A stretch of DNA of 63,109 nt, counting the filler, from Rhabdomonas costata (Eukaryota), in NCBI GenBank assembly GCA_019059605.1. It is 29 parts of 29 records of this genome, joined end to end, with 100 filler letters (N's around TTAATTAATTAA, not from the genome) between each part and the next. Parts side by side here need not be neighbours in the genome. Positions count along the whole stretch, not along the records: positions 10,912 to 12,992 come from JAHMHO010005807.1; positions 13,093 to 15,171 come from JAHMHO010005808.1; positions 15,272 to 17,353 come from JAHMHO010005809.1; positions 17,454 to 19,534 come from JAHMHO010005810.1; positions 19,635 to 21,715 come from JAHMHO010005811.1; positions 21,816 to 23,896 come from JAHMHO010005812.1; positions 23,997 to 26,077 come from JAHMHO010005813.1; 22 more parts are not named here. One strand, 5' to 3'. Below are positions 11,960 through 25,246 of this stretch, piece by piece. Below the pieces are notes generated by a model that saw nothing but the letters and a program-made list of their open reading frames with translations, was not told the DNA's origin and made no database searches. The stretch's first letter is position 1. Every line of letters begins with the position of its first letter. The translations under genes and the position numbers were made by a program.

Positions 11960-12992
11960 GGGGATCATGCAGAATGTGAGGGAGCGTAAGCGCGTCAGCG
12001 GCGGAGCGACCGAACAACGCACTTAGGGAGCATACGACGTAGGAGTATGCGACCAGGAAGACCTTTTTATGCTTTTACACCCCTTAGCCAAGAATGTGAG
12101 TGAACGTACCGCGTAGCGGGGAGTGAACGAACCACACATGTAGGGTTTATGCGCAGCATACGACCACCAAAAACACAAAAGGGCCTTTTTCTCACTTCTC
12201 CTTCAATCATACATTTATGGAATACGAGATTCTTTGCACCCCTTCTACACCCACCAAATTTCCTGCAACCCTGCATTTTTCATCTTTTTTGCAACTTTTT
12301 TGTACACTTTTTTTTAAATCTTTTTTCACCCCTAATGGATCTTTATTGATGGTCCTATGACGTGATATAGACAAGTGCATTGGAGCTCTGATGTTGACAA
12401 AAAAGAGGTGAAAAAAGATGAAACTTTAGCGTTTTTAATTCCTCCAGAATTTCTGTTTCTGTGGAATTCCTACACTCATGTCCCTTTGCACATCATGCTT
12501 TTTCACTCCATTTTAGCGATTTCTGTACTCCCGAAGCCCCAAAGTCACGTATCTATATCATTTCCCTTTCTACGCACTCTGGGAGGTATCAAAATGGACG
12601 TTGGAATCGTTGGTACCTCCGTTTTGAAAGGATCTCAGACCCCTAAGTCCACTCTTCCTCACCCCATATTGTTTCAGTATAAAAGTGCGTAGGAAGGTAT
12701 GAAATTGGTGAACGCGTGAAATTTCCACCCTGGGGATTTTTTTTTGCTTGCGTGGATTTTTTCGTGCGTGCCTTTTTTTCACGCGGTGGATTTTTGCAGC
12801 AGGGGCAGGAAATAGGAACCCCTATCATTTCCGTATGCAAGTGAAGGAGGAGGCATGAAAGTGGAGATTTGACACATGCGTGAATTTTTGACCCTGCGTG
12901 GATTTTTTCACCGTGCGTGTTTTTTTCACCTTGCGCGTTTTTTCACCAGGGGCAGGAAATGCCACCCCCTATAATTCCAGTACACCCCCCAC
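11960..12992. mobile_element. Probable non-autonomous DNA element end with mini-hairpins and subterminal repeats
   Basis: Clustered GNA-loop hairpins (12030-12050, 12109-12119, 12148-12160), repeated GCGTG(G/A)ATTTTT motifs and a duplicated CAGGGGCAGGAAAT...CCCCTAT block (~12800 and ~12947). No convincing ORF. Confidence 0.35.
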
Positions 12993-15900
12993 NNNNNNNN
13001 NNNNNNNNNNNNNNNNNNNNNNNNNNNNNNNNNNNNTTAATTAATTAANNNNNNNNNNNNNNNNNNNNNNNNNNNNNNNNNNNNNNNNNNNNGGGGTTTG
13101 GTTACCAAGGTGTTCTCATTCCATAATTAGATAACTAGGACATCAACATGTTTACAGAAACTAGCTTAAAGATGTTTCATAGAGATTCAATGGTGCTGGC
13201 AATGTTATATGAGACGGACGTCAAATCTCAGCCTCTAATGAGCCAGCTACTTGCCAAACGCTGTCAAGATATATATAGACAGAGCAGAACAGAGTATGGC
13301 CAGGTTAGAGACAGCATAAAAGTGGAATGCGTGTAAATCCGGCTGCAAAGATTCATGTGGTATTTTTTTGAGTTTTTCAGAGGAAGAAGGATGCATATAC
13401 AGCTCTTTCCATAGGTTTTGCAAGAGGCCGATATTTTAGAGAATTTTCAAAGACAAGACCTCAGAGAATGCAGGAGAAAAAAGGAACATGTGGTGTGTTA
13501 CACAGAGGCAGGGTGAAATGTGATTGTCACTTCTTTTGTCTATGATTTCAGAATTTAAGTTAGGTGTTCAAGAAGTCCAAAACTTCGTCAGGTTGATTTT
13601 TTCAGAGTGCTTTTATCGTTGGCTTTAGCCATTTGTTGTTACAGAGATAAATTAAAAGAACCACAGCCGACCCGAAGGCCAGATCCAAGCGGAGGCCAGG
13701 AGGTCCATGCAGATTTGTAGAGTTGCAGAGAGTGTGATTTGTATAACACTGCAGAGTAACACAGGAAAGGATGTGTGTGCATCTGGTGCACCTTCCACAT
13801 CGTTCTCGTTTGGTTGGAAATAGTGGAAATGCATCAGACGCAAGACCAGCCAAGTTGAACCACTCCAACAACCCAGAAGCTGTGCGCCAGGTCTAAAAGA
13901 TAGCCAAGGATTACCGTGGTAGTGCTAGAGCCTGCTCTATCTGGTGGAATGACACAAGGCCGGCGTAGATTGCAACTGCTTGGTCTGCGTAAACAAACTG
14001 TACACTAATGTAAAGATTTTCTGAAATAAATCATAAACAAACCACTAAATGTCTTTACTACGCGCAAAACTAATCTTGTGCCATAGTCTATCAGCCTATT
14101 ATTTAACCTTCATGTTGCAAGAATATAGAAACGGCAGCGGTGCACTACACGTGCCAAAAGAAGAAAATATTTTCCTCACGGGGTGTTAAGACGACTTGCA
14201 CGTGCGGTGGTTTCTGTGTGTGCTCCGGGCTTTGTTTTCTTTCACTTTTAGCCATGTTTACTTTGCTTGATTTGGCACTCTGCTACAGTGTATCAATAAC
14301 GGTTAGTTACTTTGACTTTGGCCATGCTGTCTTCTGTGCCTTTGGTCCCATATAGTGCACACGTGCAAAAAACATAATAGGCTAAACATATATCGATACA
14401 GCGTTCACAGCACAATTGCGTTGCAAACAAAAACATGAGATCAAGTCCGCTAAAGTCAGGTAACATGGTGTATTGTGGCAAGTGGATATCAACTCCGCGT
14501 GATGTACCGTTCTAAAGCAATTTTTCCTTGAAGTTTCCACCGAAATGCATCACCCAATATTAATCCGCAGAGATCTAGTCAAAAGTGACCCCATATTCAA
14601 ACCACCACTCGGGTTGAGGCCGCCACCTTTCATTAACTCTAACAGCTGAAGGGTTTTGCCGAGCCAGCCCATCAATTCAGACAAACGTTTGCAGTCTCCA
14701 CATGGGAATTTAAGGACATTTCACTTTCTAGATCCCTTTTCAATCAAATTCTCTGCATGCCCGGCGTTCCGTCATGCCCATAAAAGTTCCAAAGGTTCCA
14801 CAGCGGAGCTTTGTGCAACAAGATCCTGCCTTGTGACTTATATTGGGATCCACAGCTACGCCCACCGGTTACGATACATGTCTGTAAGGAGGCTGTGGTT
14901 GCGCTCCGTATGCAGTGTGATGCTCCTATTAGCCTCAGCAAGGTCATATCAGCGGAGCACAGTGGAACATGGTCCGCCATGGCGTCGTGGTATGAGTTGA
15001 TGTTTCTGTTTTTCATCGCACAAATTAGTCAGAAACGCTCCAGAAGAGGATGTGATTTATGGTTCTGCTATTGGTGAAAAACTAGTAAAGGTGGCAGGTC
15101 GGGATATATATACTTTCCTAAAACACACCATAAAAGCGTACGAGGTTCTGCATCTTCGTACAATACACCACNNNNNNNNNNNNNNNNNNNNNNNNNNNNN
15201 NNNNNNNNNNNNNNNTTAATTAATTAANNNNNNNNNNNNNNNNNNNNNNNNNNNNNNNNNNNNNNNNNNNNAAGTGTGCGTAAGGTGAAACGTCAATAGG
15301 TCAATGTTTTTTGTTCCTTTTCCTCGAGGCGCAGTGGCAAAAAGGCCATCCCAAAACCAAGATACCACCCATCAGCTGCCAGGACACCGGGCAGCTCTTC
15401 AACAAACATTCCGCTATAACCAATCGGACTTTTCATGGTCCAGGCATCTGGGAATCTCCGTGACGACAAAAGGCGAAAAAAGCGCAATCATTCACTTTGG
15501 CATTTGCTACGTTTTTGATGACAATTGCTTCCCGGAATTCAGTGAAGGCCCAGTGCACTCCCGACCAACCGGTCCCGAAATGCGGCAAAAGTAACCTGCG
15601 GACACGTTGTTGTTGACTTTCCAGAGAGGGACGTAAGCAGACTAAGCCGTGGCCACAGCAGCCATCGACTTACATCACAATGCGAAAGTCAAATCGAAAA
15701 CTCAGAATTCAGAATTTCGCTGCACTTCAATCATAAATTCTAGAAGAATATCTTGCATCTTCTCGCACGCCAGGTCTGGGGTTCCTTCGAGACTGACACC
15801 TCAACCCACGCAGCGCATCGCTTTCTACCGACCAAACACACAAAAGAGCAGTATCCACAGGGAAAAAACACAGCAGAGCATAGCAGAAACAAATCGTGAA

Positions 15901-17453
15901 TGGGGAGGGCACGTCGTGGGGTGTACGGGAAGAAGCCAGATAGGAGGGGGATGTCCACCTTGGCAAGAGAAAAGGAAAAGCGATTTTGACAAGGGTTCAC
16001 ACAGTGCTACTAAAGACACAAACCGTACACGCCATCACAGCCGCAGCCCACCCACCTACCCAGCAGCAGCTCACCGAACACCAAGGCGGCAATGACAGCT
16101 GCCACCACCACCCGAGACACCAGAGCCAGTGGAGAGCCCGGAGCGTCATCGGGGGTGAAGCCCCGGTCCCACCCGACCCGCGAACATTGAAAACCAAGTG
16201 GTGTCATCTCCAGTGCCCCCGTTTGCTTTTCCTAGACACACAGACAGGCAGACAGCCAAACGAGAGAACCAAAGAAGGGAGGGCGGCGATTAAGCAGGAA
16301 AACCAGGTCAGCTCTTCTACACCCGTGAGAGCTTTGTCGGTTTTGGGAACAATCTGTGTGAACGTTTGTGGTGGGATTGTGGTTGTGCCGCCGCTCCATT
16401 TTGAAAGCCAAAGAGGAAGCAGGTAAGATGACTATTGGGAGGTAGAGTAGCATTGGAATTGCTACTGGACCGTAGGCGGCCCATTTCACCCCAAGTCCAC
16501 CCTCCAAGTTTGGCGAAGCGATGCGGTGAGGCAAAAAACCCACCGCCGACGAATTAGTCCCAGCAAGCGACGGATTCCGCAGGAGAAGTGCGAAGCGCAG
16601 GTGCGCGAGCAAGTGAGGTTGTTAAGGGGAAGGCGGTTTAGTCCCCTTCGGAGTGAGTCGGGTCAAAGCGAATGTAGTCACGTCCACTTCGAGGTGAGGC
16701 GAGGCAAGTCGGTCGGGGAGTTTGGCGAATTAAGACGAGTTGCTGAGCAAAGGTGGTTAAGTCCCATTCGGTGGAGTTTGAGAAGCGACCGAGAGGGTGT
16801 GACGGAGTGGCAGGTTGCGACCGAGAGTCGTCGACTAAGAGTCCACAGGCTTGGGCAGCTGAGAGGAGTGGCTGCGGCCAGGCTCTACCCGGCCCGCGGC
16901 GAAAGCGAGGCCAAACCGGGGGAAAGAAAGTCTCCTCATCTAGGTGAGTTGACAGCGCTCACAACGCGAAAGATTTGTCGGGAAGGACCACGGAGGGGAG
17001 CGGATTGAGTGGGCTGCGCGGTGAATTCGCAATAGCCACGTCATTGGTCCGGGCCCGCCGTGCCGTCTGAAGTGTACTCAGTGCGCATTGTTTGAGGCGA
17101 GGTGCCCATAGGAAGCGGGTCATGTCAAGGGTCGTGTTCGAAAAAGCTGTTCTGCGCTACACCGTGGCGCGGAAGGTGCGCGGCCAACACGTTCAGAAAG
17201 TAGCGGTAAACGGCAACATGACAGCTAAATATCCGGAGAAAAACAAATCCGACTTACCTGGGTGGTGCGGGTCCGGTGTGCTAATGGCGGCGCATGAGAA
17301 ATGGCAACCGGCGGCTGGTTTGACCTTGCAGCCGTGGGTGTTCGTTGCGTTCTNNNNNNNNNNNNNNNNNNNNNNNNNNNNNNNNNNNNNNNNNNNNTTA
17401 ATTAATTAANNNNNNNNNNNNNNNNNNNNNNNNNNNNNNNNNNNNNNNNNNNN

Positions 17454-19133
17454 TAGGCCAACCAGGAAGAGTTCCATGTTTCGTAACCGCTCCATCTCCA
17501 TCACAAGGTGGTTCAACGGGCGAGTCAGCAGCACCACCAGGATGGCTGTCAGAATGCAGGTCCTGTCAAACGCACAGCAAACAAAGACCCTAAACAGAAA
17601 TCGCAGCAATATGGCACAAAAAGTTCGATGCATCGCTTCGTTTCGGTTCTAAACAAGTCGCACACCGCTCAAAATATAAGAAGGCCGTTCTGAAAGGTTG
17701 GTTTACTCTAAAACACCCAATTTCAGCATATCCATATAGATATCAACATGGGAGAAGTCAGTTTTTCCGGGAGGACGACGACTGCATCCCCTGTTCGGTG
17801 AAAAAGAGGACAAGAAGCTGCAGAGCAGAGAAAAAAAGAACAAACAGGTTGACCAGCAGAACGCAGGGGCCCGGAACACACGCACATCTGATTTATCGCA
17901 GCCGTTCACAGACAAAAACTAAAGAAAATGCCGCAGGCCGACATACCCCACGATGCAGACGACAACCATGCCCACCGTGAAGGGGACCCCCGCGTTGACC
18001 TTCTGCATCCACTTGTCAGAATCCGTGGCGACCAACAGTGCCCACTCCAAACCCTGAAAGGCATCCAGATGCACATCTAAATATCTTCGAAGAAAATATG
18101 AAACAGCTGGAAAAGAAACCTTTAGAAAGCACCGTACACAATGGGACTCCAACCGGCAAATAAACAAAAACTATCAAAATGTAATCTCAGCAATCACAGC
18201 AATAAAGGTCACGAATGTCTCCCAATGCACCGAGAACAATCGATACAATGAAGAGGAAGGAAGAGAGAGAAATATCACATGCCGGAATATTGATCCGCCG
18301 CACGTTCACGTAGTACCCAGCCACAGAGAACGTCGAATCCACCTGTGCACCACTGGCGCGAAACCTCGCCCACCCGTCCCCTGCAACGCCCTGACTCACG
18401 TGCCGCACCACTGTGCTGGTCGCATTGGCCGCGACGATCCGCGGCGGGATCCCGCTGGCCGTGTACTCCGTGCTGGTCAGCTGCTGACCCTCCACAGAGC
18501 TGGCCAGGAGGTACCCCGTATCGATCTCCACCAGGAACACCACCGTGCCCGGGAATAATGTGGCCGAAAGCTTTAGCAAAACATACACGCGCACACATTC
18601 ACCTGTGCCCAAACAAGGTTCTTTATGTGTGAAAAACTCTAGAGTCCAAAAGAGTTTGCACATGTCTTCAAAATAGTCAGTCAGGTCAGTCCCAAATGAC
18701 GAGCCTCCAATCGCGCGAATTGAAAGACAGTCGTATTCCCAACTGAGTCACAATTAAATTTGTTCTCAACCCTGTACGGAATGCTTGGTACGTTCGCCCA
18801 CATTTTTCGCGATACCTCGTTGCCTCAGTTCTTCGAACTTGAAAGAGGTCCTTTTGCTGAACAATCTCCGTGTCTTTCTTCTTGGAAGTATTTTTCTTTC
18901 AGAAAACTGGTCAACTGTGCGAGAAAACTATTTCAAAATACCGTCTTGAGAAAGTTGTCGAAGGTTGACAAGGTGCACTCCGAGCTGGATATCAGTGCAA
19001 CACCACCCACGCCGTCCGAGACTTTTCCCACCACCGGCAAGGAGAGGATACTGTTCCCGCCAGGCAGGAGGGAGGCGTACACCGGAGCAAAGCCCACGGC
19101 CTGGATCGTCGTCGCCCCAGTCTGGTACCAAAG
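17454..19133 (-). CDS. Partial receptor-like protein: extracellular Cache-like region + TM + HAMP-like segment (receptor adenylate/guanylate cyclase architecture)
   Basis: Exons 19133-18942, 18570-18283, 18053-17947 and 17562-17454 splice in frame: LWY...TLSTFDNFLKTLSATLFPGTVVFLVEIDTGYLLASS...GLEWALLVATDSDKWM...GMVVVCIVGTCILTAILVVLLTRPLNHLVMEMERLRNMEL. The catalytic domain is not in the contig. Confidence 0.7.
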
Positions 19134-20059
19134 CTGTGGTGACGAGAAAAGTGCAAAAAGTTCGCCCCGGAGGAAGCAGGAAGGGGTTTTTTGAGCGGAG
19201 AAGAACATCATTCCATTTTGGAGCTCGGAGTGAAAATCAATCGACGGTCAATCACGACGGATCATGTACAGGAAAGCGAACCGCAACGCGCCAACACAAA
19301 AGGCACCCAGTAATCTCAAAAACATACCCCTAAAACTTTATTCATCATGCTGAAACCAAGACAGAATCGTGCCAAAGACTTCGATTTGGGTGGCCACCAT
19401 TATGGGTGGCTGGAGACTTTATTACTAACAATCCCCAAAGCAAAAAAAAACCCAAAGACCCGAGTGGTGGCATTGTACGAAATGTTGGAGACCCTGATCT
19501 CCCCGATGCGGCTACGCCACTCCAACCCCCCCCANNNNNNNNNNNNNNNNNNNNNNNNNNNNNNNNNNNNNNNNNNNNTTAATTAATTAANNNNNNNNNN
19601 NNNNNNNNNNNNNNNNNNNNNNNNNNNNNNNNNNGGTTGTGTTGGGGGGGGGTGTCCCCCATTGCGGTCTTTGGGTGTGCGGGTCGTTTGCCTTCCCCTT
19701 ACTTGTCTACAACTCCCGTTCTCCGGACTGCTTTGGTTTGCGGCCAGCAATATCCTTCTTCTAAAATAGTCTGTCCTCGTGCTGAGGCTAAGCCGTTACA
19801 AAACCTAAAACTGTCACGATGTCATAAGATCCTTGACCACGCGATTCCAAAAGGCCACAACGAAAAGCCAAAAGCAAAGGCAACGCCATTTCAACGGGAA
19901 AAATAACCAAACTCGAAGCACAACCTCGAAGTGCAGCTGGTAATAGGAACGAAACGCAAACCCATCTTGGAAATCCACGGTCAAGGAAAGGATCAACTGA
20001 CACAGCCGCACACATAGTGGTGGAGAGCTGTCCGCAAAATAACACGGCGACAGGCGGAC

Positions 20060-20187
20060 CATTCGTTCATGCTATCCAGAACGTCGTCTGGCTGGTGGAT
20101 CACCAGCTCCAGGCCCTCGCCGTCCACAATGTTCAGGTCCTTGTCCGTGACGTGCACAGCCACCTCCAAAATAACGTCGCGGTCAAC
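20060..20187 (-). CDS. REXO2: Oligoribonuclease (Orn/REXO2) internal exon
   Basis: CAG|VDRDVILEVAVHVTDKDLNIVDGEGLELVIHQPDDVLDSMNEW|GT, the conserved Orn stretch following the DEDDh motif I. Confidence 0.88.
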
Positions 20188-23100
20188 CTGAGGCACACCA
20201 TATCCCCCCCCCTCGTCGGGACAAGCTTGCATCCTTGCCCGTACGGTTAAGGCGATGACAGCGAGTGGTAACCCTCAGGACCAATCACACGGATGGGCCG
20301 ATTCCGACTTATTCTTGGGTTGATCTAAATTCCTTCAACCCGAGCAATGTGCCAGTCTGAGTGCATCCCCAACAAAGTCTCTGGCAATGATCACTAACGG
20401 TGCAAAAATCGAATGCGAACGATCGGGTGGCACAGACGAAGAGAATAGGACGGTAGAACTGCGAGTTTTCGTCTCTAAAGAGACCATGCGCGCACCAAGT
20501 CTCGCTTTTGGGCCAAGACAAATGCACCAAACAGTGGCCTAAAAACTAGCGTGGTGCAATGGCAGCTTTGGGCCGAAGGTTGCACACTGAGGAGGGAAAC
20601 CTCCAGCCCAGTCATCTCCAAGTCAACCCACACGAGGTTGTCATCAAGGAAGGCTTGAGGCTCTGGTGGGGACCCGGCGTCCCCTCCCTACATTGAAGGA
20701 CAACGGCCTCGGGAAAAAGAGAGATGCAAAAGGTGCACAGCGCCCAAAATATGCACAGTATTACCCACAAAAACTTCCTGCCTGCTTGGAAAAGTTGCTA
20801 AAGTTGCTAAAGTTGCTTCCAGAATTTCGTGGCATACACGATCGCGTGAGAGGTTACGGGCAGAAAGCAACTTTCCTCAACCGGCGACTTGGTTCATTAC
20901 TGATCATAAAAAAATCAACCACGGATCAGAAAAAAGACACCCTGTGTGAGCTATCTGGAACCGAAGCGAGCGCTGCGTGCCCAGTGGAATCCACTGTGAC
21001 AGTCCGCTCAGCGGACGTAACCCACCGCTTCGGGAAAACTGGTCTTTGCCTCACCACAGCCAGAAGTGGCCTTGTCACCAAAGCTGCCCTTCGGGTTACC
21101 GCCGTTGCCATAACCACCCAAACACTTATAAACTCCAAGGGGGTGGGAGTGGATAAAATCGAGAGATAAAAAGGAAAGCTGCATAACTGTCAATATTCGG
21201 CACTTACCTATCCCATGCATTCCCGACGGTGCAATCAGAAGGGCAATGAATTGACAGCCAAGGAAGCTGAGCGATACCAGTCGACATTATTTTGAATTGG
21301 CTGCATTGGTGTTAGTTGCAGCTAGCAGATCAAAAAATGCCCCCCCCCCGGCAAACCTTCTTGGATTTCTTCGCCGTTCGTGGCTGCAACGGGTCAGCCA
21401 TTCCACTGAATCCCCCAAGAAAAAGAGAATTGAATTCGTCCCAACACAACAAAAAAAGTGTTGGCCGCGGAAATGGGGCCCAACCTGAAATTCATGGGAA
21501 TAGATATTGCCATCAGACCCCGCCGAAATGTGATGGAATCAAGGAAACTGATTATCACCACTGAACACCCTATTTAGGGCTGAAACATGCAAAGGTGACA
21601 CAATTCATTCCAAAATCAATCAAACACACCCGCGTAGACTGAAAGGAGCCCTCAGGTGGGTTTCGTCCACAGCAAGTTTGCCAAAGGATGATAATATTCA
21701 GGCTCCACCACACACNNNNNNNNNNNNNNNNNNNNNNNNNNNNNNNNNNNNNNNNNNNNTTAATTAATTAANNNNNNNNNNNNNNNNNNNNNNNNNNNNN
21801 NNNNNNNNNNNNNNNGTGATTTGGTCAAAAAAACGTAGGCAACGCAAACCAACGTTAACATTGGTTGTGTTTTATTCCCCACTGCCTCAAAGAAAACGCT
21901 GACCAATGTTAACGTTGGTTTGCGTTGCCTACGTTTTTTTGACCTTGACACTCAATGTCAGCCCATCTAAACTCGAAACCATTTGTTTTAGTATTAAAGT
22001 GCTCATCCCATCTATTATTGGTTATTTCCCACGGTTCATTTACCTCATGCAAATGATATGCAACACCGTAGAATTTGAAATGCGTGGACATTGCGACGAT
22101 GCATTACAATTACGATTACCAGTACGACGGTGTGCATGTTTATGTGCTGGTTTATGGGAGTTCATTATTTGCGTTGATTGTTACGGGATGAAATGGCAGG
22201 TTACCGCTGGTGTTGCCGAGCGAGCACTGTGGTCTCCCCGGCCAGTGGCTCGCTGAGAAGGGGCTTCCAGACTTTCCTCAACCCAAATGGCTCTCCAGAA
22301 GTGGTGGACGCGGAGAAGAAACTGTATTCCATAAATTTAAATTTTCCAAACCGAACGTCGTGTACGAGTACAGTACACGTGAGGGGTGGCAATGTAGGCT
22401 CTTTTGTAAGCGAGCAGACCAAGACCGCGGTGCGCTGAGGGAGTGGGTGAGTTGGGTCTGTGAAAAAGTGCAAATGCTATCGAACCCCGATCGGGAGTGC
22501 CTCGTGTTACACCCGCAACAGGAAATCCGAGGACGTTCCCTTCCGTACGTGCACATTCGGGGCGGTTAAGAAGGAGAGGATGCAGTGGCCTTTTTTGGAG
22601 CCAAGTGTATCGGATTCTACCTGGCCAAGCACCGGTTGCCGGCTCACCAGACACAGGCCGGGACCCTCTGCCTGCCCCCAGCTGTCCCAGGCTTAAGTAC
22701 AGAAAGCGCGAGAGAACTCTGTGCCCTCCCCACACCCCGACACTGGGGCGAAAACCCCTTGCAAAGGGTAGTGCAAGCTTTCGGCACGCCCACTCCACTC
22801 CTGCAGAGTGCAGAAGCCCAGCATGTACCTTGCCCACGAGCAATGCATACACACTCCCGCAAAGACGACAAGCCCCTTCGAGTCATCCGACAGCGCTATC
22901 TCCCAGACAGCCGAAGGCACGAACCGGAGAACACAGAGCCTTCCCCCCAACGGCGAAAGAGAACGCGACAGGAGTCGCGAGTATGCACCGATAGTCTCCG
23001 AACTCAGGGGTTGCGATGTACTCGAAAATTCCGTACGCACGACGATGTTACCGGGCATTCTATTCATGGGCTGGACGAAGTTCGGATGAAAACCAGCAGT

Positions 23101-24249
23101 TGGGGGTGGATACGTTCAGTAGAGTCAGACGATTGGACCCCAGAGTTCCGAGGCTTTTCTCATTGCTGGCCTCTTTGGTTATCGAGGTGGGCATTCTTTG
23201 TGTGGGCTTGCTCTTTTCTATCAAACACAGCTCCACGGTGAGTACAGCAGGTCTCCGCGCTTTCATCGTGGCTGACCAATTGCCTCACCAAGACTTAACT
23301 GGTCCTTTTCATGTTTCATTCACAGCCAATCGTTGTATTTATCCACTCCGACCTTAAATTGTTTCACCTCTCCCTCTTTGTTACCTTTTTTCTTCTTCGC
23401 TTTTCTATCTGTCCGAAGAATAAAAAGAAGAATGATGGCAGTAGACAATCAGGCGCATTAGTTTTGCAACGGCTCGGGTTCGTAACAGAACGGACACCGA
23501 AGCCACAGTTTTGCAAGCAGCAGTGCCATCTTAAGATCAGAACCGAAGAGGGGCCGGAGAAATGCTGTGGGAAAGTGAAGAGGCAGTCTTTGGCGAGCAA
23601 TAATGAGCAAAAACCGAGCTAAACAAGAAAGGGTAGTGGGGGACGAAGGAAGGTAAGAATTGGAGAATGGAAAAGAGAAACGGAAGGAAGGAAGGAAGAG
23701 CATATTTTCACGCAAGGAGTTGGCAAAAAGACAAGAACGAGCGGAGAGAGAAACGTGCGAACATGGGAATTTTGTTAAGAAAGCGTTGTGTGGGCGTCGC
23801 GTAAGATCAAGGCTGAATTTTTACAACACCCTTCAAAATATTTTTCAACCTTTCTGTTGCCGTTCAAACTTAGTGTACCGGTACATCTTGTCCCGANNNN
23901 NNNNNNNNNNNNNNNNNNNNNNNNNNNNNNNNNNNNNNNNTTAATTAATTAANNNNNNNNNNNNNNNNNNNNNNNNNNNNNNNNNNNNNNNNNNNNGTTT
24001 TGGTGGGTAAGAGGAGATGCAGGTTTAGGTTAGGGTGTGGAGGTCTATGCTGCGGAGGCCTGTCGGCTGGATGTTGCCTGGGGTTCCGTGGTGATGTGAG
24101 TTAAACTATTCAGTTTTCAAGGCAATGTGAACCCGCAGAGCCCTCTCATCAGCTAGTTTGACGCTTCAGCGTATAACGCCGTTGTTGCAAAATAAACGCA
24201 GCATGCTTCTTTCACCTCACCCCCCACCCCCTTTCATTTCTTTGCTCAG

Positions 24250-25246
24250 GTTCCTGGAATTAACATTGCGACTGACGTGATCTGCGGATTTCCCTCGGAA
24301 ACTGAAGAGGAGTTCGAGGAGACCTTGCGGCTCTGCCAGCACTACAAATTTCCTTTCCTGCACATCTCGCAGTTCTACTCTCGTCCGGGCACTCCTGCTG
24401 CGCGAATGAAACCGTATGACGCCTCGAGCGCTCAAGCTAATGTGGGCTTCGTCTGAAAAACTGTCTTTTGTCTCTTTTGCATTTCATCGTCTAATGGTAA
24501 AATTTACGGTGATCCGTGACTTAATCATCGGGATCCACTGCCGGTAGCTTTCTGGCCTCTGCTGGTTTTGGTTTTGCAGGGTTCCCACTAGCATGGTGAA
24601 GGAAAGGAGCAGAAAACTCACGGAGGTGTTCGAGTCTTACAGTGACTCCTTCGCGTCGCTTGGTATTCACACGTCTGCATTCGATCTCTTGCACGCCCAA
24701 CTGCCTAAAGAACAATAGTTCATTGTGGATTGCTGTTGAATGCGTAGTCTTCGAGATCCAGATTGTGGTGTTTTGTGGTGAGCAGCATTTGTTGTCGGTG
24801 TCTCTCTGTACCGCGTTGACTGTTTCCTTTTTGGTGCCCATCCCGCGCCGTTTCCGCAGTTGTTGACCTTTTTCCTATAGTTGGTACAGCGCAGCAAGTG
24901 TGGGTCACGGAGAGAGCGAGTGATGGCGTCAACTTGGTGGGTCACACAAAGACCTATGCACAGGTTCATTTTTATTTTTATTATTCCATCATCAAGGGTT
25001 CCCTCAAGCAATGTGATATGTTGATTCTTCTTTGGTTCTTGTACAGATTCATTTTCATTCTTCGTCCATGTCAATTTTTGTTTCTTTTTCGAAGGTGATT
25101 CTGGATGCCGATGAAGTTTCCCTGGGCACCTCCACGCTCGTTTCTATCGTTGAGGCCCACAAATGGTCCGTGCGGGGCAGGGTTCTGCAAAGCGGAGCTC
25201 CCTCCCCTGGGACAAGTCCTGCTTTGACTTCTCACAAGCCTCCAAG
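24250..25246 (+). CDS. CDKAL1: tRNA t6A methylthiotransferase (CDKAL1/e-MtaB), radical-SAM C-terminal part + TRAM domain, partial
   Basis: Exons 24250-24413, 24580-24662, 24881-24963 and 25095 onward (all GT-AG): [25 protein letters not shown]...[25 protein letters not shown]...[15 protein letters not shown]...[11 protein letters not shown]...HKWSVRG. The 3' end is approximate. Confidence 0.92.

Noticed and set aside
15272-17353. Coding-like patches on the minus strand (possible membrane protein exons)
   Set aside because: I could not splice them into a recognisable protein. The same applies to contigs 26178-28257 and 30537-32616.
21823-21944. Perfect 43-bp inverted repeat, MITE-like
   Set aside because: The outer arm abuts the contig start and a primer-like end, and there is no TSD. 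It is best explained as an amplification fold-back chimera.
22178-23241. Overlapping ORFs, possibly a LINE ORF1 remnant
   Set aside because: There is no intact zinc knuckle or other diagnostic motif, and there are several stops.
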